Source of the DNA: Chiloscyllium plagiosum
Lineage: Eukaryota
Direction: 5' to 3'
Assembly (NCBI RefSeq): GCF_004010195.1
Contig: NC_057755.1
Coordinates: 412,399-476,398, forward strand
Length of the DNA: 64,000 nt
Every line of letters begins with the position of its first letter. Positions within the stretch are counted from its first letter, which is position 1. Shown here piece by piece: positions 1 through 12,647 of the stretch. A model generated the notes under the pieces. It searched no databases. It saw only the letters and a list, made by a program, of their open reading frames with translations, and was not told the origin of the DNA. A program made the position numbers and the translations under genes.

Positions 1-51
1 ACCCTGATTGCACCAAGTTAACAACCCCATTCAGGGAACTCATATTCAATG

Positions 52-149
52 AGTCCAGATTAGAGTGGTGCTGGAAAAGCACAGCAGATGAGGCAGCATC
101 TGAAGAGTAGGAAAGTCGACGTTTCGGGAAAAATCCCTTCATCAGGACT
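52..149 (-). mobile_element. Short Penelope-like-element-derived repeat (pLTR fragment)
   Basis: GTGGTGCTGGAAAAGCACAGCAG..GGCAGCATC..GTCGACGTTTCGGG..CCCTTCATCAGGA; clearly related to the arms of the hairpin insertion at 40183-40360. Confidence 0.7.
114..149 (-). ncRNA. Minimal type I hammerhead ribozyme motif
   Basis: Minus strand: AGUC-CUGAUGA-A-GGGA(UUUU)UCCC-GAAA-CG-UC/GACU. Stem I 4 bp, stem II 4 bp, intact core, GUC cleavage triplet. Confidence 0.8.
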
Positions 150-199
150 AGAGGCAGAGTGCCTCCATCGAATAATTACATCTTCTCAAGTGCAACAAC

Positions 200-236
200 T
201 CGCCGTTTTGTAATATAGCGCCCAGAACAACCCCAG
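200..236 (+). pseudogene. Decayed 3' end of exon 1 of GPR139-like copy 1
   Basis: CCAG|GTATGC donor at 237, homologous to the CCCG|GTATGT donor at 61325; phase 1 joins to TT AAT at 1011 giving P-V-N. 5' limit not definable. Confidence 0.45.
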
Positions 237-1010
237 GTATGCTAAAAACAGTCCAACAAATGCCCCACAGTTGATGAATGTTAACACTTTGAAACTCAAT
301 TCCCTTTTTCGAAACGAACACCTTTCCTTTGTTTGCAATGATATGGTCTTGTGCGGGAAGAAAGCTGTGTTGATGTTGTGAGTCCAGTGACCCATGTTCA
401 TATGAAGATATTCTGATTAAAATTGATTCCAGTAACACGGTGTCTCTTTCCGCAGATGCTGCCATACCTGCTGAGTTTCGCCAGTTACGTTTGTTTCTGT
501 TTTATGCTTCCAGCATATATGGCTCTTTCATTAACCTGATCACAATATTTCAGTTCCCAACCAGCATCCCAGCAGCAATTCTTTGAATTACAGAACCCAA
601 CCAAGAGGTCCTTCTGTCCATCAAGTTGGTGTTTTCAAAGGTGTGAAAAATCAACTCTTGCCCCAGATTTCAGCACTATACTATCCAGGTAACGTCCGAG
701 GCATTGAATTATAAGATCCACCTCACTCTCTCGTTGAAAGGCTTTTCCCGCAATCCCGTCTAAACCGCTTACTTTTTACCTTGAAAATTATGACCCCTTC
801 TCGTCCATCAACTGCATCCGCCAATTAGTTAAATATAGCACTAAGCAGCTTTAAAATGAGTCAGACCTGGAGCTGTCATTTTAAAACGTGACATCTAAAG
901 TCTCCCAACTGACCCGGTAGGTGCTAAGACCTTCCATTGTTCTCTGGACAGATGGGGAGATGGTTTGTTTAGTAATTTCCAATTTCCCTTTTACCTTCTG
1001 TCTTTTTCAG

Positions 1011-1891
1011 TTAATTTACTGATGAGTTTGGTTCTTTCACGGGAAAAGTACGGCCTCTCTAACTGAACAAAACGCTGCCCGTTCAACTATTCATTCTCAC
1101 GAACATCAAACTCAAACTCAAACACGTTTACTACCCAAGGGTGCTTCCTTGACCTCATCCCTGTGTCCTGTGCTATCTTTGTCTTGGTTAGTGCAGCCAC
1201 AGACTGGTCCGTCTGTTTCACTGTTCTTTTCTTCTTTGATCGTTTTATGGCCATTTGCCGCCTGAAAAAGAGGAGAAAATATTAGACAAAGAATGCCTTG
1301 GCTGTGGATCTGGCTGCCATTGGCATTCTGCTCTCTTCAAAAACCATTCCCTTCTACTTTAGGTATCTACCTGGAAGGATAATTTGCAATGTTCAATGGT
1401 CGGGTTGAAGTAAGTCAAGTTGTTTTACAGGTAGCTGGGGATTTAGTGATTGATAAAAATTTAACCCCTTTCCTCCCATTCGTGTTAATTCTGTCGATGA
1501 ACACTCTGACGGTCAGATACATTTCAGTGGCCAGTAGAGTCAGCAAGAGCCTGAGGGGCCAGAGAAAGTGAGAGAATCACACAGACACAGAGATGGTGAG
1601 CCGGAGGAAGTCTGTGATTTCCCTCTTCACCACATCCATCAGCTTTTACTTCTATGTGTCGTGTACGGTGCAAATTTCTTATAATACATCATGAATGGAA
1701 CAACTGTAAATAAGTACAGAGGTTCTCAGAAGAGTTTTCTGTTCGTCGGAGAAATGCTGATGGATTTCAGCTGCAGCACGAACACATTATTTTATGCAGC
1801 GACTCTGCCCATGTTCAGAGCGAAGTTCAGGAATGCTGTGCAACAACTAGTCACGCAAATTCTTCATTTAATGACTCAGCGAAACAACTGA
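1011..1891 (+). pseudogene. GPR139-like class A GPCR pseudogene, exon 2 (copy 1)
   Basis: Acceptor TTTTTCAG at 1010; VNLLMSLVLSREKYGLSN*..CFLDLIPV..AATDWSVCFTVLFFFDRFMAIC (DRY-like DRF)..LTPFLPFVLILSMNTLTVRYI..EMVSRRKSVISLF..SCSTNTLFYAAT. Several stops and frameshifts. Confidence 0.9.
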
Positions 1892-2719
1892 GAGAGCTCC
1901 AGAGGCAGCTGCAGTGGTCCCAGTGCAGAAATTGCATATGTCCGACCAGGATTCCATCAGCACAATCACATGAACTTAGTATAACACCCATCTGTGGATG
2001 GGGAAGTGTGTGTGTGTGGTGGGGGGGGGGGGAGTTGTTAACAGGATGGGTCACCATTCATCACTCTCAGGATCAAGCTGCTCTCCCTGATTGACACACA
2101 CGGGGACACAAAGACAGGGAGCAACAGAAAACCCTTCAGCCCTTCGAGACGGTCCTTCTGCCAGCCCAGATGATCTCAGTTCATCCTATTTCAACATCCA
2201 TCTCTAATAGCTGTGTGCATCTGAGGACCATCCATGTCCGCCCCGCATAGCGACCCCCAAAAAATCTGAAAATTAATTTATCCACTTCTGCCTTCAACAA
2301 TATTGAAGGATGTGGCAAAAGTACAGCAGGCCAGCGAGCAAAAGATAACTGTCAGGGGCAGGATTGGATGGAAAGAGGTTGCAAGAGTGATATGAAATGA
2401 AGGACTGGCTGTGAGGGATGGGTTAAACTGGAACATTGAGTCTTCATGGACAGTCCTGTGATTGAGTGTTAAAGACCGGCAGGAGGGTCTTTGCATTTCC
2501 CCTGCAGGGGAGGAGGGGCGAGCCAGAAACAGCCCCTCCTGCATCATGATGATTTTCAGACCATATGTGTACAGCTCACGATAAACACTTTATTGCAACT
2601 GGGGTGCTCTGGGCACTGCTGATCCTCTCACCTGAGTTCATTATTATTCCATTCATTTTTCTTTATTTTTGAGACATCCTTGAGGTTAGCTCCTGCCTCC
2701 TCTCAACACAAGGATATTG

Positions 2720-2975
2720 TCCTATCTCTATTTCTCTGCCTCTTTGTGTGTGTCTTTGTCTCTGTCCCTCTCTTCCTCTCTTTCTCTGTCTCTGTATCTC
2801 TCTCCTTATCCCTGAATTTCTTGCTGTCAGTCTCTCTCTCTCTTGCTGTGTCTCACTCTGTCTCTCTCTTTCTGTCTCGTTCTCCTCTCTCCTCTATATG
2901 TGCTCTCTCTCACTCTCTCTCTCTCTCTCTCTGCCCATCTCATTCTCTCTCTCCCTCTCTGTCTCTTTTTCTCTC
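2720..2975. repeat. CT-rich microsatellite/low complexity
   Basis: Imperfect (CT)n runs; the overlapping S/L-rich ORFs are repeat artefacts. Confidence 0.9.
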
Positions 2976-3399
2976 ATGGACTATGTCAGACACTTGTTAT
3001 CTCAGTGCAACATATGTTCACGTGCATTGGCTCAAATCCATTCCTGATCCCTTCATTCACTCATTTTACCCCAAGATGCAATGTTGCAAAACATAAAATG
3101 CATGGACCCGGCCAGCAGTACTTTCACACAATACTCATTATAGTCCTGTAAATTCACTGTCCCTTCATCTCCTGTTCTTTGAATGCTTCCGTGTATCTGT
3201 GTGTTTTATTGTCTTTGTGGGAATGTCACTCTGTATGTTCCTCAGTTTTAGTCTTTGGATATTCTGGGCAATAATGCACCTGCACTCAAAGACAGACAAA
3301 CAGAGAGTCACAGAACCAGTATGACACACTGATACACACAAGCAAAAACAGCATATACAAAGATAGAAACCCAAAAAACTCCATATTTCCATCCACACC

Positions 3400-4640
3400 A
3401 TGCACACATTATGAGTGTATTTCTGCATCTATGTGTGCGTTTCACTCTGTATGTGTGTTTGGAAGTATTTCAGTGACTTTTTATTGCTGTGCCATTGTTT
3501 GGGTATGTTATTCAGTCTGTATGAAAGTGTTCCTATAATGCTGAATGTTTTTGTGTGGGTGTATGTTACTGTGCCTGTGTATCTCTGTCTGATTTACATA
3601 TAGTGTCTGTTGCACTTCTCTGTGTGTGTCTCAGCGTTTCACACTGATTCTGTGACTATCTGTGTGTCTGTGTTTGAGTGCAGGTGTATTATTGCATGAA
3701 TGCAGGGTGTGTTTCTGCCCGGCTGTGCTCCTGTTTATGTTGCTGTGTGTTTTTCAGACTGTGCTAGGCTGTTGGTTTGTGTGATAAGATCCTCTGTGTC
3801 TCCAGCAGGATTTCTCTGTGTCTTTCTGTGGGTATGTCTGTGTGTGTGTTTAAGCGTGTTGTTCTCTGTATGTATCTAACTGTGTGTAGTTCTGGAACTG
3901 TGATTGTGTGTGCTCATGTGTATGTACAGGTATGTTTCGGAAAGTTCTTGCAGGTTCGTGTGTAATGTCTGTCAGTATAGCTGTTTTATATGTGAGTGAA
4001 GATCTGGGTGTGATTCAGTGACTGTGTGAAAATGTGTTCTTATATTGTCAGATGACTTTTGTATGTATGTTTGTTCCGGTCTGGATGTCTGTCTGTTCCT
4101 ATAACTCAGTATAACTGTATTTCTCTGTGCCTGCTTGAGTTTAAAGGTGTGGATGTATTAATGTGGGTGTATGCAGTGGTTTTCACAAGCTGCAGTATGA
4201 TTGTTTTCTGCCGTGTGTCTGTGGGAGTGTGGGTCTGTTTCCGTGTTGGTATGTTCCCACATGTGTATGTGTGTCTGTGTAAGTGTGCGTGTGTGTGTGT
4301 GTTTTTATGGATTTGAAATGCATTCTTGTTTCGCAGTATATTTCTATGTCTCAGCCTGTTTTCATTTTTGCGTGTGGGTATGTTTCTGAGTCTCTATTTT
4401 CCCTTATCTCCTTTTGTCTGTGTGTGCGTGTGTGCTTGCACGGAAGTGGGGGGCGGGGAAGAATTTCAGAATCTGTGTGTGGCTGTGCATGTATATGTGG
4501 GTGGGTGTGCATTTGCGTGGGGAGAGTATTGGTGTGTTTGGGGGAGTGTGTTTGTGCACATGCGTTTGAGGGTATACCTTTTGACAGTATGGCACTACAT
4601 CTCATTCAGACTGTATTTCTGTGTGTGGGTGTGTTCCTGT
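3400..4640. repeat. GT-rich low-complexity tract
   Basis: Degenerate (GT)n; its 5' part is homologous in reverse to ~37840-38560. Confidence 0.85.
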
Positions 4641-4879
4641 GTCCTTCAGGGTGGAACTATGTCTCTGTCTCATAATGACACTTGCTCTGCTGAAAATGGC
4701 TGAGTGAATCCTACAGCAAGTTCCAGTGCACAGATTGCTTTCATTGAAGTATTTCTGGGAACATGGAAAAGATCTAAATATCATTATATCTACCCTAAAA
4801 ACTCTGAACATTGAACTGTTACTTCAGTTCAAAGACGAATGTCAAAGTAACTGAACACGATAAGGGAATATTGAATGAA

Positions 4880-5100
4880 AAGCAGGACACAAGCAAGATC
4901 AGAGTAACAGGGGGATCTTGGAATGCATGTCCACAGATCCCTTAAGGAGGCATGAGAGGTAAGTAGAGTAATTAAGTAGGTACACGGGCTATATCAGTAT
5001 GGTGCTGATTATAGGAGGTCATGTTGAAGCTTTCCAGACTTTGGTGAGAATACAGCTGAGATACTGTGTGCAACTCTGGTCAACACATAATGGGAATATA
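4880..5100 (+). mobile_element. Decayed CR1-type LINE fragment
   Basis: GGGATCTTGGAATGCATGTCCACAGATCCC..TACTGTGTGCAACTCTGGTC (RDLG..YCVQLW). Confidence 0.6.
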
Positions 5101-5219
5101 TACATCATGTATATATCAAACCGCAAAATGCTGTTGAGCGGTGGGAACAGTAGCAGAGTTTAATATGGGGAGCGAAGCATATGGTAATCTTATAAACTTC
5201 TGCTGGAACACCTATAACA

Positions 5220-7200
5220 CCAGCACATACTTCCTTCGATACATGGTACAAAACTGCTCACAACATTCCAAAAACGATCTGACCAGAGCCTTATCCAGCC
5301 TCAGCAGGGTGCCTCTGCTCTTGTGTTCTAGCTATCTTTAAATTAATGTTGACATTGCGTTTGCTGCCTATTATGAAGTTGTGTAGAGTACTCGTGAAGT
5401 GGAAGGCAGGAAGCTCGAATTTGTTTGTAAAACTGAGAGAAGGAAAGAGTGCGTGGTCCCTTTAAGAGGTAAAGTGTTTTCCTAAACTCAGAGATTTATG
5501 CAGACAAATGTATCTGTAAGCAGCTGCAGATTGCAGACAGTTCTGACATTGAAACATATTTCAAATGGTTGTGTGATTGGAAACCTTTGGCTTGTCTTGA
5601 TGTTACGGCAACCAGCTTGAATATTCGCAATTAATTTAAACCAGGCCCTCGACACCAAAACCCAATTCAATTTTACTCTGATGGTTTTGACTACTTCGAA
5701 CCAATCCAATTGTAAAGAAATTAATAGACGATCAAGAGTATAAAAGACGAGGGCATTTGGAAATTTGGAGGCAGCCAACTGCCATCTCTGGAAGTAATAA
5801 CGTTCAGCTCTCAGAGAAAGCACCATCTATTCATAAAAGGTACCGTGGCAAGTTTTTCTAATATTCCAGACAAATAAATTCCAGACAAAACACCCCTGAC
5901 AGCAGGATCAGCAGAAGAAAGGCTTTTGTGACTTGAGATCAGAGATGAGACTGAGAGTCAGCAGAGAAAGCAGAGCATCCCTAAAGGCCCATTCTATGTG
6001 AACTTTGAGAGGCTAAGTTTTAATTTGTTGTTTTCTTATTACCTAGATTTATATCATTGGGACATATGTTTATTGGAACAGCAAACCAGTGGAATTTCGC
6101 TCAGTTAGGGAATAGTTATTAGTTCGGGGGAATTGTCCGGTTTGTTTGTAATTCTGTTAGTTTATTCTCTGTTCGGCTTAAATAAACAAACTGTTACTTG
6201 TCACTTTAAAACTAGTTATCAGAAATTCCTTTCATTTAATCCCATTTCTAACAGATTATGAGAGACAAAGTGAGCTACTCTGGGTTTTTCAGGTTTGATT
6301 ATTAAAAGGAAACATCTACTCCTTCCAAAACAAATTGGGATTTGCTGTTAGGTTTAATTCTCAGAAGGGTTCGATCTGTTCCCCTTTGTAACACTTTCTA
6401 ACTGATAACTGAAATTGCACATTCACTTGAAGATAATCCTATACAAGGACTCCTGAGTCGCTTGTATGCTTCAGGTTTCCAAAGATTTTCCGTCATTATA
6501 AAATAGTCTGCACCTCTATCCTTCTGACCCCAGTTCATAAACTCTCACTTGCAACGTTGTATTCCATTTGCCACTTGTTTACGCACTCTCCTAGTCTGCC
6601 TGATTTCTTTTTCAGTTACTGTGTCCCTCAACATTACCTGTTGCTCCACCAATCTTTGCATCATATGCAAACTTTGTGTAAATGACCTCCATCATCCAGA
6701 TCATTAATGTATAACCTGAACACTTGTGATCACAAATTAACCTCTGCGGAACTTCACGAGCAGCCAGTTGCCAACCTGACAAAAAACTCGTTTAGTGCTA
6801 CTGTCTGCCTTCTGCCAGTCAGATAATCCTCTATCCATGATAGTACTTTGCCATGAATACAATGGGCTTTTATCTTTTTTAGGGCCTTCTTCATGACCTG
6901 CTGCACCTGTGTCTTGCGTTTTCTGTAATTTGTGCAGGATTACGACAAGTCCCTTTACGTTGCAGCTTTCTTCAGCTTTTCGTTTTTTAAATAATACTCT
7001 GCTCTTTTATCTTACCTTGCAAAACAAGTAACTTCATATTTTCCAAAGTTAAATTGACAATGTTTTGCTCACTTACTTAACCTATTAAAATCTCTCTGTA
7101 AACTGTCTGTATCCTTCTCCTAACTTTCCTTGTCACCTATTTTTGTCCCATCTGCAAATCCGGCTGTAGTAGGTTCAATACCTTACTCAGTCATTCACGT
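5220..7200 (-). mobile_element. Decayed CR1-type LINE fragments, split by an LTR
   Basis: Reverse strand shows FAYDAKIGG and other RT-region remnants on both sides of 5369-6393. Confidence 0.6.
5369..6393 (+). mobile_element. Probable solo LTR
   Basis: Starts T(A)TTATG, ends TGTAACA, AATAAA at 6181, interrupts a LINE. No clean TSD seen. Confidence 0.55.
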
Positions 7201-8214
7201 GCACAGTATTGCAGGTTTTATGCAGAAGAAATAATATATAATATGCATTGTTGTGCAGAACTGTTTGTCTGTGATTAACGATTGTTTTGCTTTGGAGCTG
7301 ATCATGTTTACATGTAAATATTATTTTGCATTGGGACCATCTGTGTTTTTAAGTAAATATTGTATTTTAAAAAATAAATATAAATATTGTTGTGCAAGGG
7401 AACTACTCTTGTAGCTGTACATGTTAATATATGTATTATTGTTTTTTGGAAGTGTTTATGTGTACATAAATACTGTTAAATATTGTTTATGTGTTTTGTT
7501 CTGGAATGGAACTGTTTGGAAATAAACATGACTGTGTATTGGAGGTGTTCTTGTTTATGTATACACATTAGTGTATGTTGAACTTGTGCCTGTCTCCTAC
7601 TTATCATCAATACCGACCATGTGGTGTGAATGCTGAGCTCCCTCTGTGCTTTGGCATGGGTCTGCAGTCCCAAAACTTGCTGGAGGAGCAGCTGCACAGA
7701 GTAGTTTCGGTTACATGTTAGCGATTATGGGGCGGACTGAGACATAGGCAAGTAAGTAGGCTGGGACACCTGATCTCTCAATATATATTAAGGGAATGAT
7801 AATTGAAGAGAGCCAGGAGAATATTAAGTACTGGTAGGGAGCGAGTTAGATATTGTAATAGACTGAGAATTCAACAGAGAATAACGGGGATAGGATTAAC
7901 TTGACAATAATAAGGAGAGGTAGAAATTAATAGGGAGAGGATTAAATAAAAGTGAACATGGAGAGTGTTAAACACAGGAGAAGATGATGGGATTTAATAC
8001 TAAAGTGACAGAGACAGGTGTAAATGGTGAGTTGCAGAAAGAAGAATGAGTACAGTGGAGCAGGGAAAGGGTTAAATAGAGTCATTATGAAAGCACTACT
8101 TCGAGAGAAATCGGGCGACAGTCAGTAGGTGAAGAGTTAAAGTTTGTCATGGATGCAGCTTAAAGAATGTCAATGGCTTGAAAAAGCTCTGGAAGGAGAT
8201 GAACAGTTAGAGGG

Positions 8215-8730
8215 ACATAGGAACAGGCCTTTCAGACCCTCAAGCCTTGTCTCCCATTCAATTGCTGATCTGTAGCCGAGCTCCACATGTCTTTGAGACT
8301 TATCCCTGAACATATTTGCTTAACAAAAGAATATCTATCTCACATTTAAAGTTAACAACTGGCCCAGCATCCACTGCTGTTTGTGGAAGAGGCTTCCAAA
8401 CGTTCACCACCCTTCCTGTGCGGACATGCTTCCTAACATCTCCAGCGAATACTCTGGTTCTAATTCTCAGGCTATGTCGTTTTGTTCTAGAATCACCAAC
8501 CAGTGAAAATAGCTTATCTTTATCTTGTAACTTCTGTAGAAACCAGGCCTAATTTGTGTAACCTCTCCTCATATCCTAACCCCTGATGTCCAGGAATCAT
8601 TCTTGCAAATCTACATTGTACTTCCTACAAAGCCAATACATCCCACCTTAGGAGTGATGCTCACAGTACTCCACGTGGGAGCTAACCAAAATTTTGTACA
8701 GCTATAGCATGACTTTTGTGGCCTTACATG
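8215..8730 (-). mobile_element. CR1-type LINE 3' fragment
   Basis: Reverse strand has the LINE 3' end pattern (RVVNVWKPL) and 3' UTR. Confidence 0.6.
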
Positions 8731-8744
8731 CGATGAGAGAGTCA

Positions 8745-8880
8745 CTGGTCAGGCCAGCATTTATTGCTCATCCCAGATGGCAGTTAACAGTAAACTACCT
8801 TGCTGTGAGTCTGGAGTCACACATCAGTTCGACCACTGATGAGAATGGCTCTTTCCTTCCCAAAGGGCATTAGTGAAAAT
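8745..8880 (-). mobile_element. Deu-domain SINE fragment (SacSINE1/AmnSINE-like)
   Basis: GGCCAGCATTTATTGC..GGCAGTTAA..GTCTGGAGTCACA..CATTAGTGA; same family as 21017-21330. Confidence 0.6.
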
Positions 8881-9825
8881 ATTCTTGTTTGTTTTCATGT
8901 AAATGCTGACGTAAAAATAATGAATCAATATGTTGGCCATTTCACCATAGCTGTTGACAATATCCCCTGTAATTTTGGTAAGACCTGATCTACTTCTTTA
9001 CTTAGTGGGCCTTGTTTTACACAAATGAGACACGGTTGACTACAAGACGTGGCTTATTATATTTGAAACACAAGGTAGATAAATGTACACCTTTCCAAAA
9101 CTGGCATTTCCCTTTAACATCCCGAGTAATCTTGCAGTTCTGAAATGTCTATGCTAGTTTAAAATCTGCTTTGGAGAAGATGCTGTTAAAAAGTGCATAC
9201 TACCCTGATTACAGTTCATTGAACTGGAGTTGGAGCAGTTCTGCGTTCTTCAATGGTTCCTGCTTCTTGGTCCTCATGTTTTCTGGAATGTCTGTGGGAT
9301 CACTCTTATTTGGATGGCTTGTGTGTTAGCTCGCTATTGGGGAAATATCTGAGCAAACTGGCTTAGCAGTAGTTTGACGAAACAATGTAATTAGCATATT
9401 TTAAATGGAGTTTCTTTTGCGGGAAGGATGGTTCCTAAGACAGTACTGGATATTGTAATATATTCTTTTTAGTTGAGCCAACCCTTATAGCCGAGCTGAC
9501 TCAAGAACAATTTTACTGAAACTCAGATCTATTGTTCCAACCGAAACCTCGTGGCAGTGTCTCACCAACAATCCATTCAATATTCAATCAAGGTGAATGG
9601 CTTGCATGTCGATCTGGCTTCATTCAATTAATCAGTGAATGCTGCAAGCTTCCTGGCTTAATATCATTAACACCAACTCAATGTATTCAATCAAAGAAAT
9701 CGTTTTGCGTACTTGAGTCTGCTCTCTGCTGTTGCCAGGATTCCAATACCGGACCCACAATGCTGCCACCGCAAATGCAACTGATGCCATCTTCCTCCAG
9801 TGTCACCAGCAAAAGGAAGAAAAGA

Positions 9826-11355
9826 CAGGTGTATCAGAGAACTCAGTGGGAATCCAGAGAAGTGATTGCAGGGCCTCTTGCTGAGATATTTGTATCGTCG
9901 ATAGTCATAGGTGAGGTGCTGGAAGACTGGAAGTTGACAAACGTGGTGCCACTCTTTAAGAAGGGCGGTAAAGACAAGCCAAGCGACTATAGAACGTGAG
10001 CCTGACCTCGGTGGTGGGCAGGTCATTGGAGAGAATCCTGAGGGACAGGATGTACATGTATTTGGAAAGGCAAGGACAGAGTAGGGATAGTCAACATGGC
10101 TTTGTGCGTGGGAAATCATGTCTCACAAACTTGATTGAGTTTTTTGAAGAAGTAACAAAGAGGATTGATGAGGCCAGAGCAATCGATGTGGTCTCAATTG
10201 ACTTCAGTAAGGCGTTCGACAAGGTTCTCCATGGGTGACTGATTTGCAAGTTTAAATCGCATGGAATACAGGGAGAACTAGCCATTTGAATACAGAACTG
10301 GCTCAAAGGTAGAAGACAGAGGCTGGTTGTTTTTCAGACTAGTGGCCTGCGATAGTGGAGTACCACAAGGATCGGTGCTGGGTCCTCTACTTTTTTGTCA
10401 TTTACATAAATGATTTTGATGCGAGCATAAGAGGTACAGTTCGTAAGTTTGCAGATGATAAAAAATTTGGAGGTGCAGTGGACAGCGAAAAGGGTTACCT
10501 CAGATTACGACATGATCTGGACCAGATGGGCCAATGGGATGAGAAATGGCAGATGGAGTTTAATTCAGAGGTGCTGCGTTTTGGGAAAGCAATTCTTCGC
10601 AGGACTTATTCAGCTAATGGAAAGGCCCCGGGGGAGTGTTGCTGAACCACAAAACCTTGGAGTGCAGATTCATAGCTCCTTGAAAGTGGAGACGTAGGTA
10701 GATAGGATAGCGAAGACGGCGTTTGGTAAGCTTTCCTTTATTGGTCAGAGCATTGAGTGCAGGAGTTGGGTGGTCATGTTGCGACTGGACAGGACATTGG
10801 TTAGGCCATTGGTGGAATATTGCGTGCAATTGCGGTCTCCTTCCTATCGAAAAAATGTTGTGAAATTTGAAAGGGTTCAGAAAAGATTTACAAAGATGTG
10901 ACCAGGATTGGAGGATTTGGGCCAAAGAGAGAGGCTGAACAGTCTGGGTCTGTTTTCCCTGGAGCATCGGAGATTGAGGGGTGACCTTATAGATGTTTAC
11001 AAAATTATGAGGGGCATGGATAGGAAATGCAAAGTCTTTTCCCTGGGGTCGGGGAATCCAGAACTAGACGGCACAGGTTTAGGGTGAGAGTGGAAAGATA
11101 TAAAAGAGACCGAAAGGACAACTTTTTCACACAGAGGGTGATACGTGTATGGAATGAGCTGCCAAAGGAAGTGGTGGAGGCTGGTACAATTGCAACATTT
11201 AAGAGGCATCTGGATGGGTAAATGAATATGAAGGGTTTGATGGGAAATGGGATGGGTGCTGGCAGTTGGGACTAGATTGGGTGGGATACCTGGTCGGCAT
11301 GAACAGGTTGGACCGAAGGGTCTGTTTCCATGCTGTACATCTCTATGACTATGAC
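9826..11355 (+). mobile_element. 5'-truncated CR1/HER1 LINE, ORF2 RT region to 3' tail
   Basis: [68 protein letters not shown]; ends CTCTATGACTATGAC; frameshifted. Confidence 0.95.
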
Positions 11356-11489
11356 AAGAGAGAAAATGAAATGGTGCAATTGGCCCAGAGATTGGAAGTA
11401 AACGGGTTCAGCTACCGCTGCCGAACCTGCCACTGCCGCCATCATTAACAAAAATTGACAATGGAGATTGACCAGGGCTCGGGTGTTTC

Positions 11490-11920
11490 ACCTCTGAAGT
11501 GAGACTAGAGAAGCAGGGATTGTTTTCGTTTGATCAGAGAAGCTTAGGGGGACCTGAATGAGGTGTACAAAATTATGAAGGGTATAGATAGGATCGGTTT
11601 AAATAAACCTTTTCCCCATAGAATTGAATAAATAACCAAGAGGCATCAATTGAAGGTGAGGGTCAGAATGTTTAGAGATGTGAGAAAGGTATTTTTCACC
11701 CAAAGAGTGGTGGGAATCTGAAACTGATTGCCTATAATGGTGGTAGAGGCATAACTATTGAAAACAATAATTAATTATTGAAATATGCACTTGTGATGCC
11801 CAGGGACACTAAGCCATGGGCTAAGAGCTGGAAAATGCCATGGAAATTGGCCAGTGGTTGTTTTTGACTCAATGGGCTGAAGGGACTTTTTGTGTGCTGT
11901 ATATTTCTATGACTCCAATT
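11490..11920 (+). mobile_element. CR1 LINE 3' fragment
   Basis: EVYKIMKG..FFTQRVVGI; tail TTTCTATGACTCC. Confidence 0.8.
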
Positions 11921-12179
11921 TAGACCTTCAAACTGAATTAGCGTTTTTGTACTCTGGACTCTCCCCGTCCCCTCCACTGTTCTCCCCAACACCACCCCAA
12001 CATTGGTTGCAATCCAAGTTTAAACCTAAACGCCGCCATGAATTCTTCCAGGAAGTGTAGGAATGACAACATGCCCAGGTCGAACTGCCCAGATACACGT
12101 GAGACTGTAAGCGTTACAGCTGTCTACTGGCTGAAGTCGTCAAATTGGCATTTGGCATAACAATTTGGAACAGGCCACA

Positions 12180-12470
12180 CAACGAAACCCCGCCCTAAGC
12201 ATCGCGCGGGGTCGCCGTTCAACTGACACCGCGGGAGCCGTGCCGCCCCCGGGAAAACGACAGCGTACTGTGAAGATTAGGGGTCCTGGCGTTGAGCAGT
12301 GATCGACAATGTTAAATACCTATAAAATGCGCATGTCCGCAAACTCCCCCTTGGGGGCATGTTCAGAACAATGCGCGGGCCCGGAGTGAGTGTGCGTGTG
12401 TGTAACCCACTACTGAGCATGCGTGGTGACGATCGAAGGAACATTTCCGTGTTTTGTTTATTGACGGTGA
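12180..12470. promoter_or_regulatory. CpG-rich promoter-like region
   Basis: CpG cluster in CpG-poor DNA; GC box CCCCGCCC 12188, TATAAAA 12321, NRF1-like TGCGCATGT 12328 and TGAGCATGCGT 12414, possible donor GTGAGA 12467. Confidence 0.55.
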
Positions 12471-12647
12471 GAAATTTATGTAAACTTCACAGTTAGAGCG
12501 TCAGTGTGCATGGTTTATTGGATTAACACTGTGGTGATTTATTGTATAAATGTACTATACTTAACGCACGCACTGCTAAAGGAGGTACGAGTGCAGCTTT
12601 GGAGTCAAATTATAAACATCAGACAGTTTATAACCACCCCACACAAC

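Noticed and set aside
2680..4703. Many Cys/Val/Ser/Leu-rich ORFs (also 37790-39075 and 44384-45823)
   Set aside because: Translations of CT/GT microsatellites.
9532..9999. 155-aa ORF
   Set aside because: Flank sequence reading into CR1 ORF2; no host-gene features.
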